A stretch of 64,000 nucleotides of DNA from Eledone cirrhosa (GCA_964016885.1 CAXHJY010000511.1:95909-159908); one strand, 5' to 3'; numbered from the stretch's first letter, positions 43,686 through 60,372 are shown. Notes: generated by a model from the letters alone, not told the origin. Translations and numbers: made by a program.

Positions 43686-44126
43686 ATAATGGGGAGGGGA
43701 GGGTATTATGGTAAAGGAATAAGGGTCCAGGGGTTACTGGAAAGTAGGAGGGGATCATGGCTTTATTGGGTGACAATGAAAGGTGCTACTGCCTTATTGG
43801 GTGAGTGGCTGGGTACTGCTGTCTTATAAGGTGAGTGGCTGGGAATTACTGTCTTATTGGGTGGTAGGGGATGTATAAGAGGTCTAATGTGACTGGGAGG
43901 TAGAGAGGGTGTTCTGGTAAAGGTTACATGATTATTGGGTTGGGTGACAGGGGTCTAGTATTGACATTAAAATGGTACTTGACTTGTGGGGTGAGGAGGA
44001 CAGTTTTGTGTGGTGAAGGGGACACTTATGAAGGTTTTAATGTGTTAGATTGAAATATGGAAATGCTGGGGTTTCATACACATACATAGACACACACTGT
44101 TTCATTAATAAACTATAGTTCTTTAA

Positions 44127-44346
44127 CTCTTTAGCATTTACATTACTCTATAGTTACTGTTATATTTTCGTGGTAAAAGCTTTACTTTACATAAATACCT
44201 CACATAATATCAAATGTATGAGATTTTGATATTATTTATTTTGAGAACAATACATTAACGTCAGTAGGAGTGGCTGATTACAGCAGGTTTGAACAGAAAA
44301 GTTGAGAGAATTCTGGCCGGATATGTCTGGTTTAAATGCTAAAGGG
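44127..44346. mobile_element. piggyBac-like MITE
   Basis: Same TIRs and TTAA flanks. Further copies at about 14262-14477 (partial) and 52401-52682. Confidence 0.75.
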
Positions 44347-45319
44347 TTAATAGATCCGGGTAATTTAACGATAGCGAATATAGTTGAAGATAAGAAAGTC
44401 ATCCAACTATAGAAAAACGAATCCTAAAATGGAACATATGAGTAAGACATAAATACTTGACCTGTCTAATCTCGCAATCTTACAACCTGTTTAACTTATA
44501 CAAACATGAAAAATAGACAATAAATGGTGATGATGATGATGATGATCTCAGAGAAATATATTTTCATGTTTTCCACAAAAGAAACAAATTATTCAGATGA
44601 CAAACTTTGATTTCTCTAAGGTCAGTGGAATGAATAAGTTAAGAAACTAGAATATATTAGAGGTAATAAATAATAATAATAATAATAATAATAATTGTTT
44701 CTACTTTTGGCACAAGGCCAGCAATTATTCCAGTGTATTACTGGTACTTTATTGTATCGACCCCGTAAGGATGAAAGGATAATAATAATAATGAAACTAT
44801 TGTGTACAGTGCTCAGGTGCACTACAACTCATCAGGCACTGAAAGTGAAGTTTTAATATCAAAAGATATATAAAACTGCTTAAAATCATAGAAAAAAAAA
44901 ATGTATGAAAGAAAATATCTTTGTTACTCATCTTGATGTAGAGCTGGACTCTAGTTTTTATTGACACCCTGGAAAAGGGGAATTTTGGCGCCATTGTAAG
45001 TAAAAGTAGGAATTTCAGCATTGGAGTTCCCTTTCTTGAGAAGTGATCAGATGGTCCATTCAGCTGAGTTAACTGTTGCTCAAGGACTCAACACACTGCC
45101 CAGTCTAAGAATTAAGCTTATGACCTTACAATTACTAACCCAACACTTTAACTACTATGTAACACACACATTCATGTATATTTTTTTTATCAGAAATGTG
45201 TATTGGTAGAAATCATTTTTCAGTTCAATAGAGCCAATCATTAAACTGGTGGTAGTACAATTGTATGATTTGAATATTGAAGTATAACTATGCAATATAT
45301 ATATATATATATATGTGAT

Positions 45320-45702
45320 GGCTGGAAACTGTGCTAAGAGTGTTGCAATCGCTTGTCAGATTCAGATGTGTGATGCTCAAATATGGCTTTTCAAGCCTGC
45401 TAGAGACTTGCACTCCTTCGCATATTGACGACAACTATGGGTTTCCCTTACATCAGGTTATCTGTGAACCTTCACAATACTGTAGAGATCATAGTTCTCT
45501 GGTTCCTGGGACCAGATTTGCTCAAGCAAATCTTTCCATACTCAGGACCAACCAATTCAATGGAGACACCAATCATTTCGAGAGATACACCAGGGCATTG
45601 CCTATGCACAACCCGTTTGATTTATGGACCCCATTATTCACCATTCTACACCAAGTTTCTCTTTCAAGAGCTTCTATCTCCCAGTCAGCCACCATCAAAC
45701 CA
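45320..45702 (-). mobile_element. LINE C-terminal remnant with a degenerate C2H2 finger
   Basis: Minus strand DWEIEALERETWCRMVNNGV and CRQYAKECKSLAGLKSHI*ASH. Confidence 0.55.
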
Positions 45703-47505
45703 GTTTATATATATATATATAGATATAGATTTAACTATGCATATGTGTATATGTCCATCTGTATGTATGTATATAGGCATATATATCTGTATGTATGTAT
45801 GTATATGTGTATATGTATATGCACATGTATGTGTTTGTGTGTGTATATATGTATGTGTATCCTTATAGACCTAGATCAACAGTCCTTAAAACCACCAAGA
45901 CCCTATTTTCCCATACATTTCAATGGGATTCCCATTTAATATCTGATATTTTGTTTTTGGTAATATGCTGTTATGCCTGTTTTTATTGTATATTCATAAA
46001 CATTTTACATTTTGTCTTTGTGACCTTTCAGAAATATAATGCGACCTCTTCCCCATAGATTTTGGAAGCATTGTTCTGAAACTCTCAAGGTATAAACGAA
46101 TGAATGATATTTTTTTTTTGCCTCTTCTTCATTGAAAGAACAACAAATTTTAAAAATTTAACTATGCAACAGCAACAGACATTTTAAGGCCATATTTTTC
46201 CTTTGATTAAGCAGGGGCTTGTTAATCAGGCTATCCTCTTAGAAGCAATATTCTTTAGCTAAGTGCCCTTCTTGTTGTTAACCTTTTTAGTTGTTTTACA
46301 CCAGGGATTCGGTATACTCATTGGTCATCATCATCATCGTTTAACGTCTATCTTCCACGCTAGCATGGGTTAGACGAGAATTGTCCCAATTTGAGGCAAG
46401 GTTGGTTGGGTGACCGTGTCTCGCTCGTATAGGACTATTAAAATCCAAACAGACATCATATTTTTACACAGTTGTCGTACAATTGTCCTTTTGTATGTAG
46501 GGAGAAACCTTTTGTGGTTAACTATGGGAGTAGCTCTCTTTTGCCATCCTATCCATTATTCTAGTTATTATGCTCTCAGAGCACTCTTCCATTGCTAATT
46601 ACTACTGTCTGGATAGCAGAAGCTATCAACTACTTCTATGGGTCCTTCCTGTCACTGGAATAGGTTTACATCACTGGCTCTCTTCCCTTTGGTTACCCCT
46701 GTGTATCTTCCACATACAAAGTTTTCCCTTCCTGTTATCCCACTACATCTCTTGTGTACCCAAGATTTACATTGTGTGCATCGAATGGAATCTGTGCATA
46801 TTCCTTATCTGTATATTGAGCAGGGTCCTATCTTCTCTCCTACTCACTAGCACCTTAGTATATCTGAAAGGGATAGGGGCTGTACAATTGCTTGATGGCA
46901 GTCGAAGAGTTCTCGTGCATGGCTACTCTAGCCACCCCACAGCACTAACATGACTAGGGTTAACCTTGTGAGAATTATATTTGTTGTACTTTTCATGTTT
47001 TGGAGATGGTTTTTTTTCTGGCAGGATGCTCTTCCTATCACCAACCACTTTACAATGTGGACTGGGTGCATTATTCATGCCACCTCTGGCGAAGTTGTCT
47101 TACTTGTCTCGAGTCCTCTCCACCCTGTGTTAGTTTTTATTTGGAGTGTCTACACTCTTAGACGGGTTGCCTTCGCTATGGCTTACGGAACCCACCTCCA
47201 CCCTGTGCAGTAGTTTTTAATCGGAGTTACTACCCTCCTAGATGGGTTGCCATCTCCATGGCTTGCTGAGTCCATATCTACCCCAGTCGTTTTTAATCAG
47301 CCACTTCTCTCCTAAATGGGCCACCTTGATGTCATTTGGAATTTAGGGTTTTTCTCATCTTATATGCTCTGCCGTCTCACTAGCTTACAAAGCTCAGCAC
47401 CTGCTTTATAATCTTAATTTTCTCAAGTCTGAATCGCTTTTGTTGATTCAGGAAGTGGGGAGGGGGGATAAATGTGATGGTGTGTAAAGCAATGTATATA
47501 TATGC

Positions 47506-47550
<45 letters not shown>

Positions 47551-48706
47551 TGTGTGTATATATATATATATATATGTGTGTATATATATGCATGTGTATA
47601 TATGTGTGTATATATATGCATGTGTGTGTATATATATATGTATGTGTGTAAATATATAGAGTTTTCATTTCATATAAGAATGACTTTTACAGGACTAAAA
47701 CTGTTTCATTTAAAATGATCAAGAAAGTGTATTGAGTACCTTATTTAACTGTGGTTATCTTCTGTTTCTCTTCAGAAACCATTCTTAATTATATATATAT
47801 ATGTATATGTATGTATATATATATATATATAATATGTAATCCATGTGCAACCATGCAGTATTCTTCTCACCATGTTTTTCATATATATACTGCACATACT
47901 TGTAAATAAGTTTCATTTTTTTATTATTATTATTATATACTAAAAACAAATTGTGCATGAAAAGTTGCATGTAGTGTCTCTACTGTACCTGGCTCTGGGC
48001 TGGAAATATTAAATAATGAAGTCAAAATATTATAAAACACAAAAGTGGTTTGATGTATCTATCATTTCAACTTATATACAGGTATATACTAGTATATATG
48101 GTATACATTCAGGTATATACTAGTATATATGGTATACATACTATGTATTTTTCTGTCGGCTATTACTTGAAAATTTGTCTTGCATAAATGTTGGTTGTGT
48201 ATACCTGATACCTGAGGAGGAAAGTCAACAAGTAAAAAAAAAAAAAATAAAAAAAAAATATAAAAAAAAGTTTAACAAAACAAAACAAAAAATAATAATT
48301 TAAAATACAATGTTATATTTTTTTACACAATCTATATACTTTTTACTGAGCTGGAAAGCGCACTGAATATGTTGGTGTGTGTATGTGTATGTCAATAGTA
48401 CTTGAAAATTTATATGTATTGGTATATCTACATATTTGTCCTGTCTTATTAAAAATATCTATCATAAAATTATGTATTCTTATATTAAAAGTTTCTTCTT
48501 CAAAATTTACTGCATACGTTCTTGTATTAAATGGTTTCTTTTATTTGTATTCAATGAGAACCACATATATATATATATCACATACATATATATATATATA
48601 TATGTATATATAAAACGTGTGTATATATATATATATAGAAAACGTGTGTGTGTTTATATATATAGATATATATTTATATATATATATATATATATATAAA
48701 AAAAAA

Positions 48707-48751
<45 letters not shown>

Positions 48752-48778
48752 AACGTTTGTGTGTTTATATATATATAT

Positions 48779-48809
48779 ATTACACCTTTCTGTAACTATC
48801 ATTGTTGTG

Positions 48810-48847
<38 letters not shown>

Positions 48848-48876
48848 TACACCTTTCTGTAACTATCATTGTTGTG

Positions 48877-48914
<38 letters not shown>

Positions 48915-49162
48915 CACCTTTCTGTAACTATCATTGTTGTGTTATATATATATATATATATATATATTACACCTTTCTGTAACTATCATTGTTGTGTTAT
49001 ATATATATATATATATATATATTACACCTTTCTGTAACTATCATTGTTGTGTTATATATATATATATATATATATTACACCTTTCTGTAACTATCATTGT
49101 TGTGTTATATATATATATATATATATATTACACCTTTCTGTAACTATCATTGTTGTGTTATA
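48779..49162. repeat. 32-bp repeat separated by variable (TA)n
   Basis: tacacctttctgtaactatcattgttgtgtta x7 with TA spacers. Confidence 0.9.
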
Positions 49163-49353
49163 TGAATGGCTGGTGCCTTCAGTCAGTTATCATATATATC
49201 ATACATAGATATCTATCTAGGGCGAGTAAAGAGACCAATGTCTGGCCTTAGGGCATCAACATATGTCAACCTCGGTCTCCCTCTTCTAGTGTGTCCATGT
49301 AGGAGCTCCCACAGGAGCACTGAGTGCAGTGTCAACTCTGGATGTTGGTGAGC

Positions 49354-49384
<31 letters not shown>

Positions 49385-51333
49385 ATATATATATCATATA
49401 TCACATATATATATCATATATATATATATACTGGGTTATAAGTGCCACATTTTTCACACAGAAAATACATGAAAACCAGCCTGTGACTTATCTACTGGAT
49501 CTACAAAAACTGTGGCTCAAGTACTAAGTCAAGAATGTTGTATGTGAAATAGTGGTTCAACTCATCTGTTGGTGCAACTCATCTGTTGGTGCAACTTAAA
49601 ATTATAAAAAGGTTTGTTACAAAACAAAACAAAACAAAATGGTCTGGTGACCATAAATTAACAATTAAATTGCTTTAAAGTAATGTAATTTGAGGCTGTT
49701 TGCAATCCTGAAGCTGTTTTACAATTGCTATTCAGACATTTAAAAAATACATTTTGTCTTCCAAACTAAATCTTTTCTTCTTTAACAATTAAACTATTTC
49801 AATTTCAAATCTTTTCATGACACAATGAGGCCCACTTTGTTCTTCACATTCCACGCACATCTTATCTTCTGCTTCTCTCTCTCTCTCTCTCTCATTCCAC
49901 ACATATCTTATACCCTCTCTCTCTCGTCTATCTTCCTCAATATCTTTATATAAGACCAGCACTTTCCCTTCCTTAATGTCTTTGTATATAGACTGCATTT
50001 CCCTACACTGATGTCTCAATGTATTATACTCCCACCTCCCTCCTTGCTGTCTTCATATATAAGACCCCTCTTCCCCATCCAGATATCTTTATATAGACAT
50101 ATATATGAAGAGAGTCAGGACCCCCGACGGCTGAGCTTCGGCCATTTCGACAGCTAGATCTGAACCGGATCTAGCTCTTTTCATATTACCCACTCAGGTG
50201 TGTTATGGTCCACCTGGTATCTTACCACACCATCTTTGTTATATATATATATATATATAGGAACGAGTAGGACCCCGACGACTGAGCTCAAGCCGTTTTG
50301 ACGGCTAATTCTGGACGTCGAAACGGCTTGAGCTCAGCCGTCGGGGTCCTACTCGTTCCTATTACCCACTCTACTACCCTAAGTATTGGGTACTCTGGTG
50401 TGTTATGGTCCACCTGGTTCCTTACCACATTTCCTCCGTTATATATATATATATATACACACACACACGACCCCAACTCCTTATCTTGATGTATAAGAAC
50501 CCACCTTTGTACCCTGATCTCTCTATATAAGATCTTCCCCACCATTTGCTACTTTGATGTCACTGAAGAAAGAAAATGTCTCCATTTTGCATCAGTTGAT
50601 CTGTTTTGGACTCAGTTTTTGTCTCAATAATTGTCGACGAGTTGTAACATTCTTTGATTACTTCTTACAAACTATTTTCTGAGAACTATTTACCATCATT
50701 AAGTGCCTGTGAGAGATACTTAATGAAAGGAAAAGAAGCTTTAAAGAGTGAATTAATGTGAACCCTTTTGTTGGAGAAAATATTAAAGGGAATCCGCCAC
50801 CGCCACCTGTTGAATACAATCAGCTCAAATTATTTGATTCACTGAAAAAATCTCACCATTATTTGGTTTAGTTAATTCCAAGATGGACTATCACAAGTTA
50901 CAATTCTCTCTCTCTCTATATATATATTTAGGAAAAAGTATGACCCCGATGGCAGAGCTCAAGCCATTTCGACGGCTATTTCTAGTCCAGAAATAGCCGT
51001 CGAAACGGCTTGAGCTCTACCGTCGGGGTCATACTTTTCCCTATTTCCCACTCTACTACCCTAAGTATTGAGTACCCTGGTGCGTTATGGTCCATCTGGT
51101 TCCTTACCACATTTCCTTCGTTAAATATATATATATATATATATTTAATTAGAAAGTAAACAACACAAAATATAACTACTCCATTACCAAAGGTTTCTGG
51201 GTCCCAGACAATATTAATAAACCTTTGGTAATGGAGTAGTTATATCTTGTGTTGTTCACTTTCTAATTAAATAGCTCTGTTCTACACATAGAGCACTCTT
51301 TTTTCCTTTGCCTTTTCTTAGGAATTACCTAAA

Positions 51334-51364
<31 letters not shown>

Positions 51365-53240
51365 ATAGTTATATTTGGGGAGGGTCATACTGTTATAATA
51401 TTGCCAGAAATAATAATAGAACACACTCACTTGGTTTGAATTGGTTTTGCTTCTGTATCTTTTATATATATATATATATTAGCACCGTTTTATGTCCATT
51501 CTTCCACGTCAGCATGGGTTAGACTGGTTGTCCTGTTGTGGGTAATGCCAGGTCAGGTGACCATGTCTTGCTCAGCCAAAATCAGTTCTGTATGAACAAG
51601 ACATGGTCACCTGACCTGGCATTGCCCACAACAGGACAACCTGTCTAACCCATGCTAGCGTGGAAGAATGGGCATGAAACAATGATGATATATATATATA
51701 TTCCAAGTAAAAACCGTTGATCAAACAATTGACTGACTGTAGTGTAAACAAACATAAGCACTCCACGACATGGGTACAATTTAATCCACTTATCCTCCCC
51801 CCAAAAAAATTATTTGTCTTGTGCCTAAATCAGAAACCAAGCATAGAGTTACGGCTCTTTACGGTCTGAGTTCAAATCCTGCCGAGGTTAACTTTGCTTT
51901 TCATCCTTACGGGGTTGATAAAATAAAGTACCAGTAATGCACTGGGGTGATTGCTGGCCTTGTGCCAAAAGTAGAAACAATTATCCGGGCAGTGGATTGG
52001 CAGCAGAATTAGTAGTGTGTCGAACATGCTTTGTAACATATAGTTACGTCCCTTTACCTTCTGATTCAAATCCCACTGAGGTTAGCTTTGCTTTTCATCC
52101 TTACAGGGATCGATAAAATAAACTACCAGTAATGCACTGGGGTCAATTTGATAATGGCAGAATTGGTAGAGCATCGGACAAACTACTTAGCAGTATTTCT
52201 TCTGGCCTCTTACATCCTGAGTTCAAATCCTGCTAAGGTCAAGCTTTTTATCCTTCTGTTGGAGTCAATAAGTTAAAGTATCCGTTTTCTCCATGTTGTG
52301 GCTGTGTGTCCATCTTAGACATTATTATTGAATTGTTTTAGTTATTTATTCTTATGCTGCTTTTAAATCTGAAATATTTTAACTTCAGAAACGTCTCCAA
52401 CCCTTTAGCATTTACATTACTCTATATATACTATTGTATTTTCACAGTAAAGGCTTTATCTCACATAGCATTTACATTATTCTATATATACTATTGTATT
52501 TTCACAGTAAAGGCTTTACCTCACTTAATTATTTCACATAATATTGAATCTATGAGATTTTGATATTATATATTTTGAGAAAAATACCTTAACGTGAGTA
52601 TGAGGGGCTGGTTACAGCCAGTTTGATCAGAAACAGGTCAGAGAATTCTGGCCTGTTCTGGCCGGGTTTGAATGCTAAAGGACTAAAGTAGTTATTTAAT
52701 TTTAATCTCCTATGAAGTAAATTTTGGCAAACATGTTTCAGTTCATTTTCTTTCAAATTAATGTCATTTTTTAATAAAATATTTCCAATAATTTACAACC
52801 AATTTTTAGTTTAGTTTAGTTTACTATTTTATATTAATTATTTTAAAATACATTGCAAGACTATCACAAGTTTTTAAAAAAATAAATACATTATATCAGA
52901 GATTCAAACACTAAAAACTAAACATAATTTTATAAAATTTCCAAATCTATTCTGAATCTTTTTGAAGTGTAATTTAAAACTTTTGCTAAATTCCTTTACT
53001 AGAATTCATTGCATATTTTAATACATTTTTTTTTTTTGTATATATAAAATTACATTTTGCAACAAAAATAAATTTGCTTTTGGCTTTATATAAAGTATTA
53101 CAAAATATATAATTTCTTAAAGCCACAGTACTGCTTCACAGTTAAGCTGAAGTTATATATAACTTTGTTTATTCCTGGTTATTGTTGTTATTGTTGTCTT
53201 TACCTACTGTTTACAGCTCCTTCATGCTGTAACAAGGAAT

Positions 53241-53358
53241 TTATTTCATGTACCATTGAGTGTTATTCAAACTTTTCCAGTTAAATTGACTCATGTTGCT
53301 TTCTGCAGGTATAACATTGGTAGATTCCTGGTATATAAATCTACAGTCAGGTTGGATT
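53241..53358 (-). CDS. Candidate terminal exon of an unidentified convergent gene
   Basis: Minus strand cag|A ATC CAA CCT GAC TGT... = IQPDCRFIYQESTNVIPAESNMSQFNWKSLNNTQWYMK*, followed by AT-rich UTR-like sequence. Phase-compatible with 54115-54163, but the acceptor is weak. Confidence 0.4.
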
Positions 53359-53449
53359 CTGATTGTGTGTGTGTATATATATATATATTGTGTGTGTTTC
53401 TACAGGACTAGAACTGTTTCATTCAAAGGAAATCATCAGGAAAAGAAAC

Positions 53450-53501
53450 GGCTTTCCTGATGATTTCCTTCGAATGAAACAGTTCTAGTCCTGTAGAAGC
53501 C
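53450..53501 (+). ncRNA. Type I hammerhead motif, family A variant (inverted copy at about 53397-53443)
   Basis: GGCTTTC-CTGATGA-TTTC cttc GAAT-GAA-ACAG ttctagtc CTGT-A-GAAGCC. Stem I differs from the 42710 copy but still pairs, with one bulged base. Confidence 0.8.
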
Positions 53502-53576
53502 ATTTCTATATTAAATATTTATACTCTATGTATTGAGTACCTTACTTACTGTGGTAACCCTCGATTGAACCCAGGG

Positions 53577-53616
<40 letters not shown>

Positions 53617-53621
<5 letters not shown>

Positions 53622-53763
53622 TTTCCCGGTGCCAAAGATGCACACTCGAGGACACACTATTTTGGTTGTCAAAATTAGAGTAAGAACAAAAAATAAACAA
53701 GCTTTGGCCTCCAGGACGCATGGTAGATTTTTGAGACTTATTTTACGACGCCGGGAAATACGT
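53617..53763. mobile_element. Short MITE
   Basis: Imperfect TIRs catatttcccggtgcc...gacgccgggaaatacg between TA tracts. Confidence 0.55.
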
Positions 53764-54114
53764 TATGTATATATATATATATACACACACATATATACAT
53801 ATATATAAATCTTGTTTACACTTTAATATATTTCTAAAAAGGTCACAAGCTGGCTGTCTCTTGTTACCATAAGGCGGTGGATTGGCAGTATCGGTAGAGG
53901 GTCGGATGCCATGCTTTGAAGCATAGAGTTACCTCCCTGTATGATCTGAGTTCAAATCCCGCCGAGGTTAACTTTATTTTATCGACCCCTGGAAGGATGA
54001 AAGACAAAGTACCAGTAATGCACTGGGTAATTGCTGGCCTTGTGCCAAAAGTAGAAACAGTTATAATTTATACCAAAGATGTTTAACTATAAATTATACC
54101 CTCTCAATGGTTAC

Positions 54115-54163
54115 CTGTTAATATCATTACATCTTTGCCAGTTTTCTCGTTCTCTTCCTCCAC
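54115..54163 (-). CDS. Candidate 49-bp internal exon of the same convergent gene
   Basis: Minus strand ctttcag|GT GGA GGA AGA GAA CGA GAA AAC TGG CAA AGA TGT AAT GAT ATT AAC AG|gtaacc = GGRERENWQRCNDIN(R); purine-rich with plausible splice sites. Confidence 0.45.
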
Positions 54164-55236
54164 CTGAAAGCCTCTTTAAATAGTTTTTGTTATTATTTAA
54201 AAGGCAATAACATGTTAAAATATCTTTAAATACATCTTATGTAACACAAATGTGTATATATATTATATATGTATATATATATATATACATACATACATAC
54301 AGACACATATCTATCTTTAAACACATTTATGTAACAAAAAGAGTGTTATATATATAACACATATATACATATCTATCTTTAAATAAAAATGTATATAATT
54401 TCTAAGTCTTAATGTTTTGTTTTAAATTCAATTTTCTTGTTTCTTTAAAGACTTGCCTGTATTACACTCTAACTGATGTGAACTATTCTAAGGCTGGCCC
54501 TATAGACAATCTATTGTTTGTTCTACTATTCTACATTCTAAATACATGTCTCAATAATGGAGAACTGCCTAACCTTGGGCTATGGACCCTATCAAACAAC
54601 ATTACTTCAAAGACGCTTCAGAAGACCTTCATTTCATAACAAGTCTAATAATTAATTTAGACAAAAAAACCCAGCAATTTGAAGTTGAGAGGGGAAGTCG
54701 ATTAAGTCGACATCCCCAGTATATATAAATATTTATATATATATATATTTATATGAATTAGTTTAGCGAGGTTTTTTATATGAAATCGTGTGTCGAAACA
54801 ATGGCAACTTGAGGACCGAGTAAGTTAGATCGCAGATATAAAAGACAGCGAGAAGCGAAAACCAACCAAACAGTGAGTGTGTTCTGTTATTAATTCTGGC
54901 AATATTACGCAAATATGACCCTCCCCAAGTATAACAATATATATTTATATGTATATATATATATATGTTCCAAGGCTCTTAAACCATCAACACCAAAATC
55001 TAGGGGTAAATAAAGGATTATGAGTTGATACAATTGACTTATGTTTCGTCACTATTATAACTCCGGAATCTATATCTTCATTGAGTGTTCCCTATCCGCA
55101 TACTGAAGTACTGGATTTTACCAACACTCTTTCGCTTACAATATATATTTATATATATAAATATAAATATATAAATATATATATATATAAATATATAAAT
55201 ATATATATATATATAAATATAAATATATATATAAAT

Positions 55237-55512
<276 letters not shown>

Positions 55513-55521
55513 AATATAAAT

Positions 55522-55624
<103 letters not shown>

Positions 55625-55805
55625 TATATATATATAAATATATATATATATAAATATATATATATATAAATATATATATAAATATAAATATATATATATA
55701 TAAATATATATATAAATATAAATATATATATATATAAATATATATATAAATATAAATATATATATAAATATAAATATATATATAAATATATATATATATA
55801 TAAAT

Positions 55806-55918
<113 letters not shown>

Positions 55919-56251
55919 TATATATATAAATATATATATATATAAATATATATATGTATATAAATATATATATATATAAATATATATATATATAAATATA
56001 TATATATATAAATATATATATATATAAATATTTATATATATATATATAAATATATATATAAATAAATATATATATATATAAATATATATATATATAAATA
56101 TAAATATAAATATATATAAATATAAATATATATAAATATAAATATATATATATAAATATATATATATAAATATATATATATAAATATATATATATAAATA
56201 TATATATAAATATATATAGATATATATATATATAAATATATATATAGATAT

Positions 56252-56282
<31 letters not shown>

Positions 56283-56329
56283 AATATATATATATAAATA
56301 TATATATATAAATATATATATAAATATAA

Positions 56330-56382
<53 letters not shown>

Positions 56383-56406
56383 TATATATATAAATATATA
56401 TATATA

Positions 56407-56442
<36 letters not shown>

Positions 56443-56481
56443 AATATATATATATAAATATATATATAAATATATATATAA

Positions 56482-56518
<37 letters not shown>

Positions 56519-56553
56519 AATATATATAATTATATATATAAATATATATATAA

Positions 56554-56584
<31 letters not shown>

Positions 56585-56597
56585 AATATATATATAA

Positions 56598-56672
<75 letters not shown>

Positions 56673-56847
56673 TATATAAATATATATATATATATATAAA
56701 TATATATAAATATATATATATATATATAAATATATATAAATATATATATATAAATATATATAAATATATATATATAAATATATATATATAAATATATATA
56801 TAAATATATATAAATATATATATAAATATATATATAAATATATATAA

Positions 56848-56930
<83 letters not shown>

Positions 56931-56956
56931 AATATATATATAAATATATATATATA

Positions 56957-57012
<56 letters not shown>

Positions 57013-57015
57013 AAT

Positions 57016-57070
<55 letters not shown>

Positions 57071-57073
57071 AAT

Positions 57074-57144
<71 letters not shown>

Positions 57145-57147
57145 AAT

Positions 57148-57220
<73 letters not shown>

Positions 57221-57225
57221 TAAAT

Positions 57226-57280
<55 letters not shown>

Positions 57281-57299
57281 AATATATATATATATAAAT

Positions 57300-57344
<45 letters not shown>

Positions 57345-57443
57345 AATATATATATATATAAATATATAAATTATATATATAAATATATATATACATATAT
57401 ATATATAAATATATATATATATAAATATATAATTATATATATA

Positions 57444-57483
<40 letters not shown>

Positions 57484-57566
57484 AATATATATATATATAA
57501 ATATATAATTATATATATAAATATATATATATAAATAAATATATATATATAAATATATATATAAAT

Positions 57567-57667
<101 letters not shown>

Positions 57668-57668
57668 A

Positions 57669-57724
<56 letters not shown>

Positions 57725-57773
57725 AATATATATATAAATATATATATAAATACATATATAAATACATATATAA

Positions 57774-57844
<71 letters not shown>

Positions 57845-57892
57845 AATATATATATAAATATATATATAAATATATATATATATAAATATAAA

Positions 57893-58120
<228 letters not shown>

Positions 58121-58182
58121 TAAATATATATATATATAAATATAAATATATATATAAATATATAAATATAAATATATATATA

Positions 58183-58256
<74 letters not shown>

Positions 58257-58314
58257 TAAATATATATATATATATATATAAATAAATATAAATATATATA
58301 TATATATAAATATA

Positions 58315-58348
<34 letters not shown>

Positions 58349-58402
58349 AATATATAATATAAATATATATATATATATATATATAAATATATAAATATAT
58401 AT

Positions 58403-58435
<33 letters not shown>

Positions 58436-58472
58436 TATAAATATATATAAATATATAAATATATATAAATAT

Positions 58473-58521
<49 letters not shown>

Positions 58522-58576
58522 AATATATATATATATAAATATATAAATATATATATAAATATATATATATATATAA

Positions 58577-58611
<35 letters not shown>

Positions 58612-58698
58612 AATATATATATATAAATATATATATATATAAATATATATAAATATATAAATATATATAAATATATATATATAAATATATATATAAAT

Positions 58699-58789
<91 letters not shown>

Positions 58790-58804
58790 AATATATATAT
58801 AAAT

Positions 58805-58837
<33 letters not shown>

Positions 58838-58988
58838 AATATATATATAAATATATATATATATAAATATATATATATAAATATATAAATATAAATATAT
58901 ATATATAAATATATATATATAAATATACATATATATATACATATATATATATAAATATATATATATATAAATATATATATAAATATAC

Positions 58989-59035
<47 letters not shown>

Positions 59036-59070
59036 AATATATATATATATAAATATATATATAAATATAC

Positions 59071-59147
<77 letters not shown>

Positions 59148-59150
59148 AAT

Positions 59151-59223
<73 letters not shown>

Positions 59224-59264
59224 AATATAAATATATATATATATAAATATATATATATATAAAT

Positions 59265-59551
<287 letters not shown>

Positions 59552-59579
59552 AATATATATATATAAATATATATATATA

Positions 59580-59876
<297 letters not shown>

Positions 59877-60050
59877 ATATAAATATATATATATTTATAT
59901 ATATACATATATTTATATATGATGATTTCTAATGAATGAAACAGTTCTAGTCCTGTAGAATCTCATCTATATTAAAACTGTTATACTCTGCTATGTATTG
60001 AGTACCTTACTTACTGTGGTTACCTCCGATTCAACCCGGAATAACGTATA

Positions 60051-60111
<61 letters not shown>

Positions 60112-60157
60112 ATATATATATTTAAATATATATATATATATAAATATATATATTTAA

Positions 60158-60189
<32 letters not shown>

Positions 60190-60196
60190 TTAAATA

Positions 60197-60246
<50 letters not shown>

Positions 60247-60285
60247 AATATATATATTTAAATATATAAATATATATATATTTAA

Positions 60286-60317
<32 letters not shown>

Positions 60318-60341
60318 TTAAATAAATATATATATATAAAT

Positions 60342-60372
<31 letters not shown>

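Noticed and set aside
45331-45939. 202-aa + strand ORF
   Set aside because: Antisense to a LINE remnant and runs into microsatellite.
48779-49162. CRISPR-like 32-bp repeats with variable spacers (similar layout at 42590-43160)
   Set aside because: Spacers are only (TA)n of varying length, the context is eukaryotic, and there are no cas genes.
54457-54625. Larger - strand exon ending at a GC donor
   Set aside because: All frames from the obvious acceptors contain stops; only a ~31-bp exon is possible and it is unsupported.
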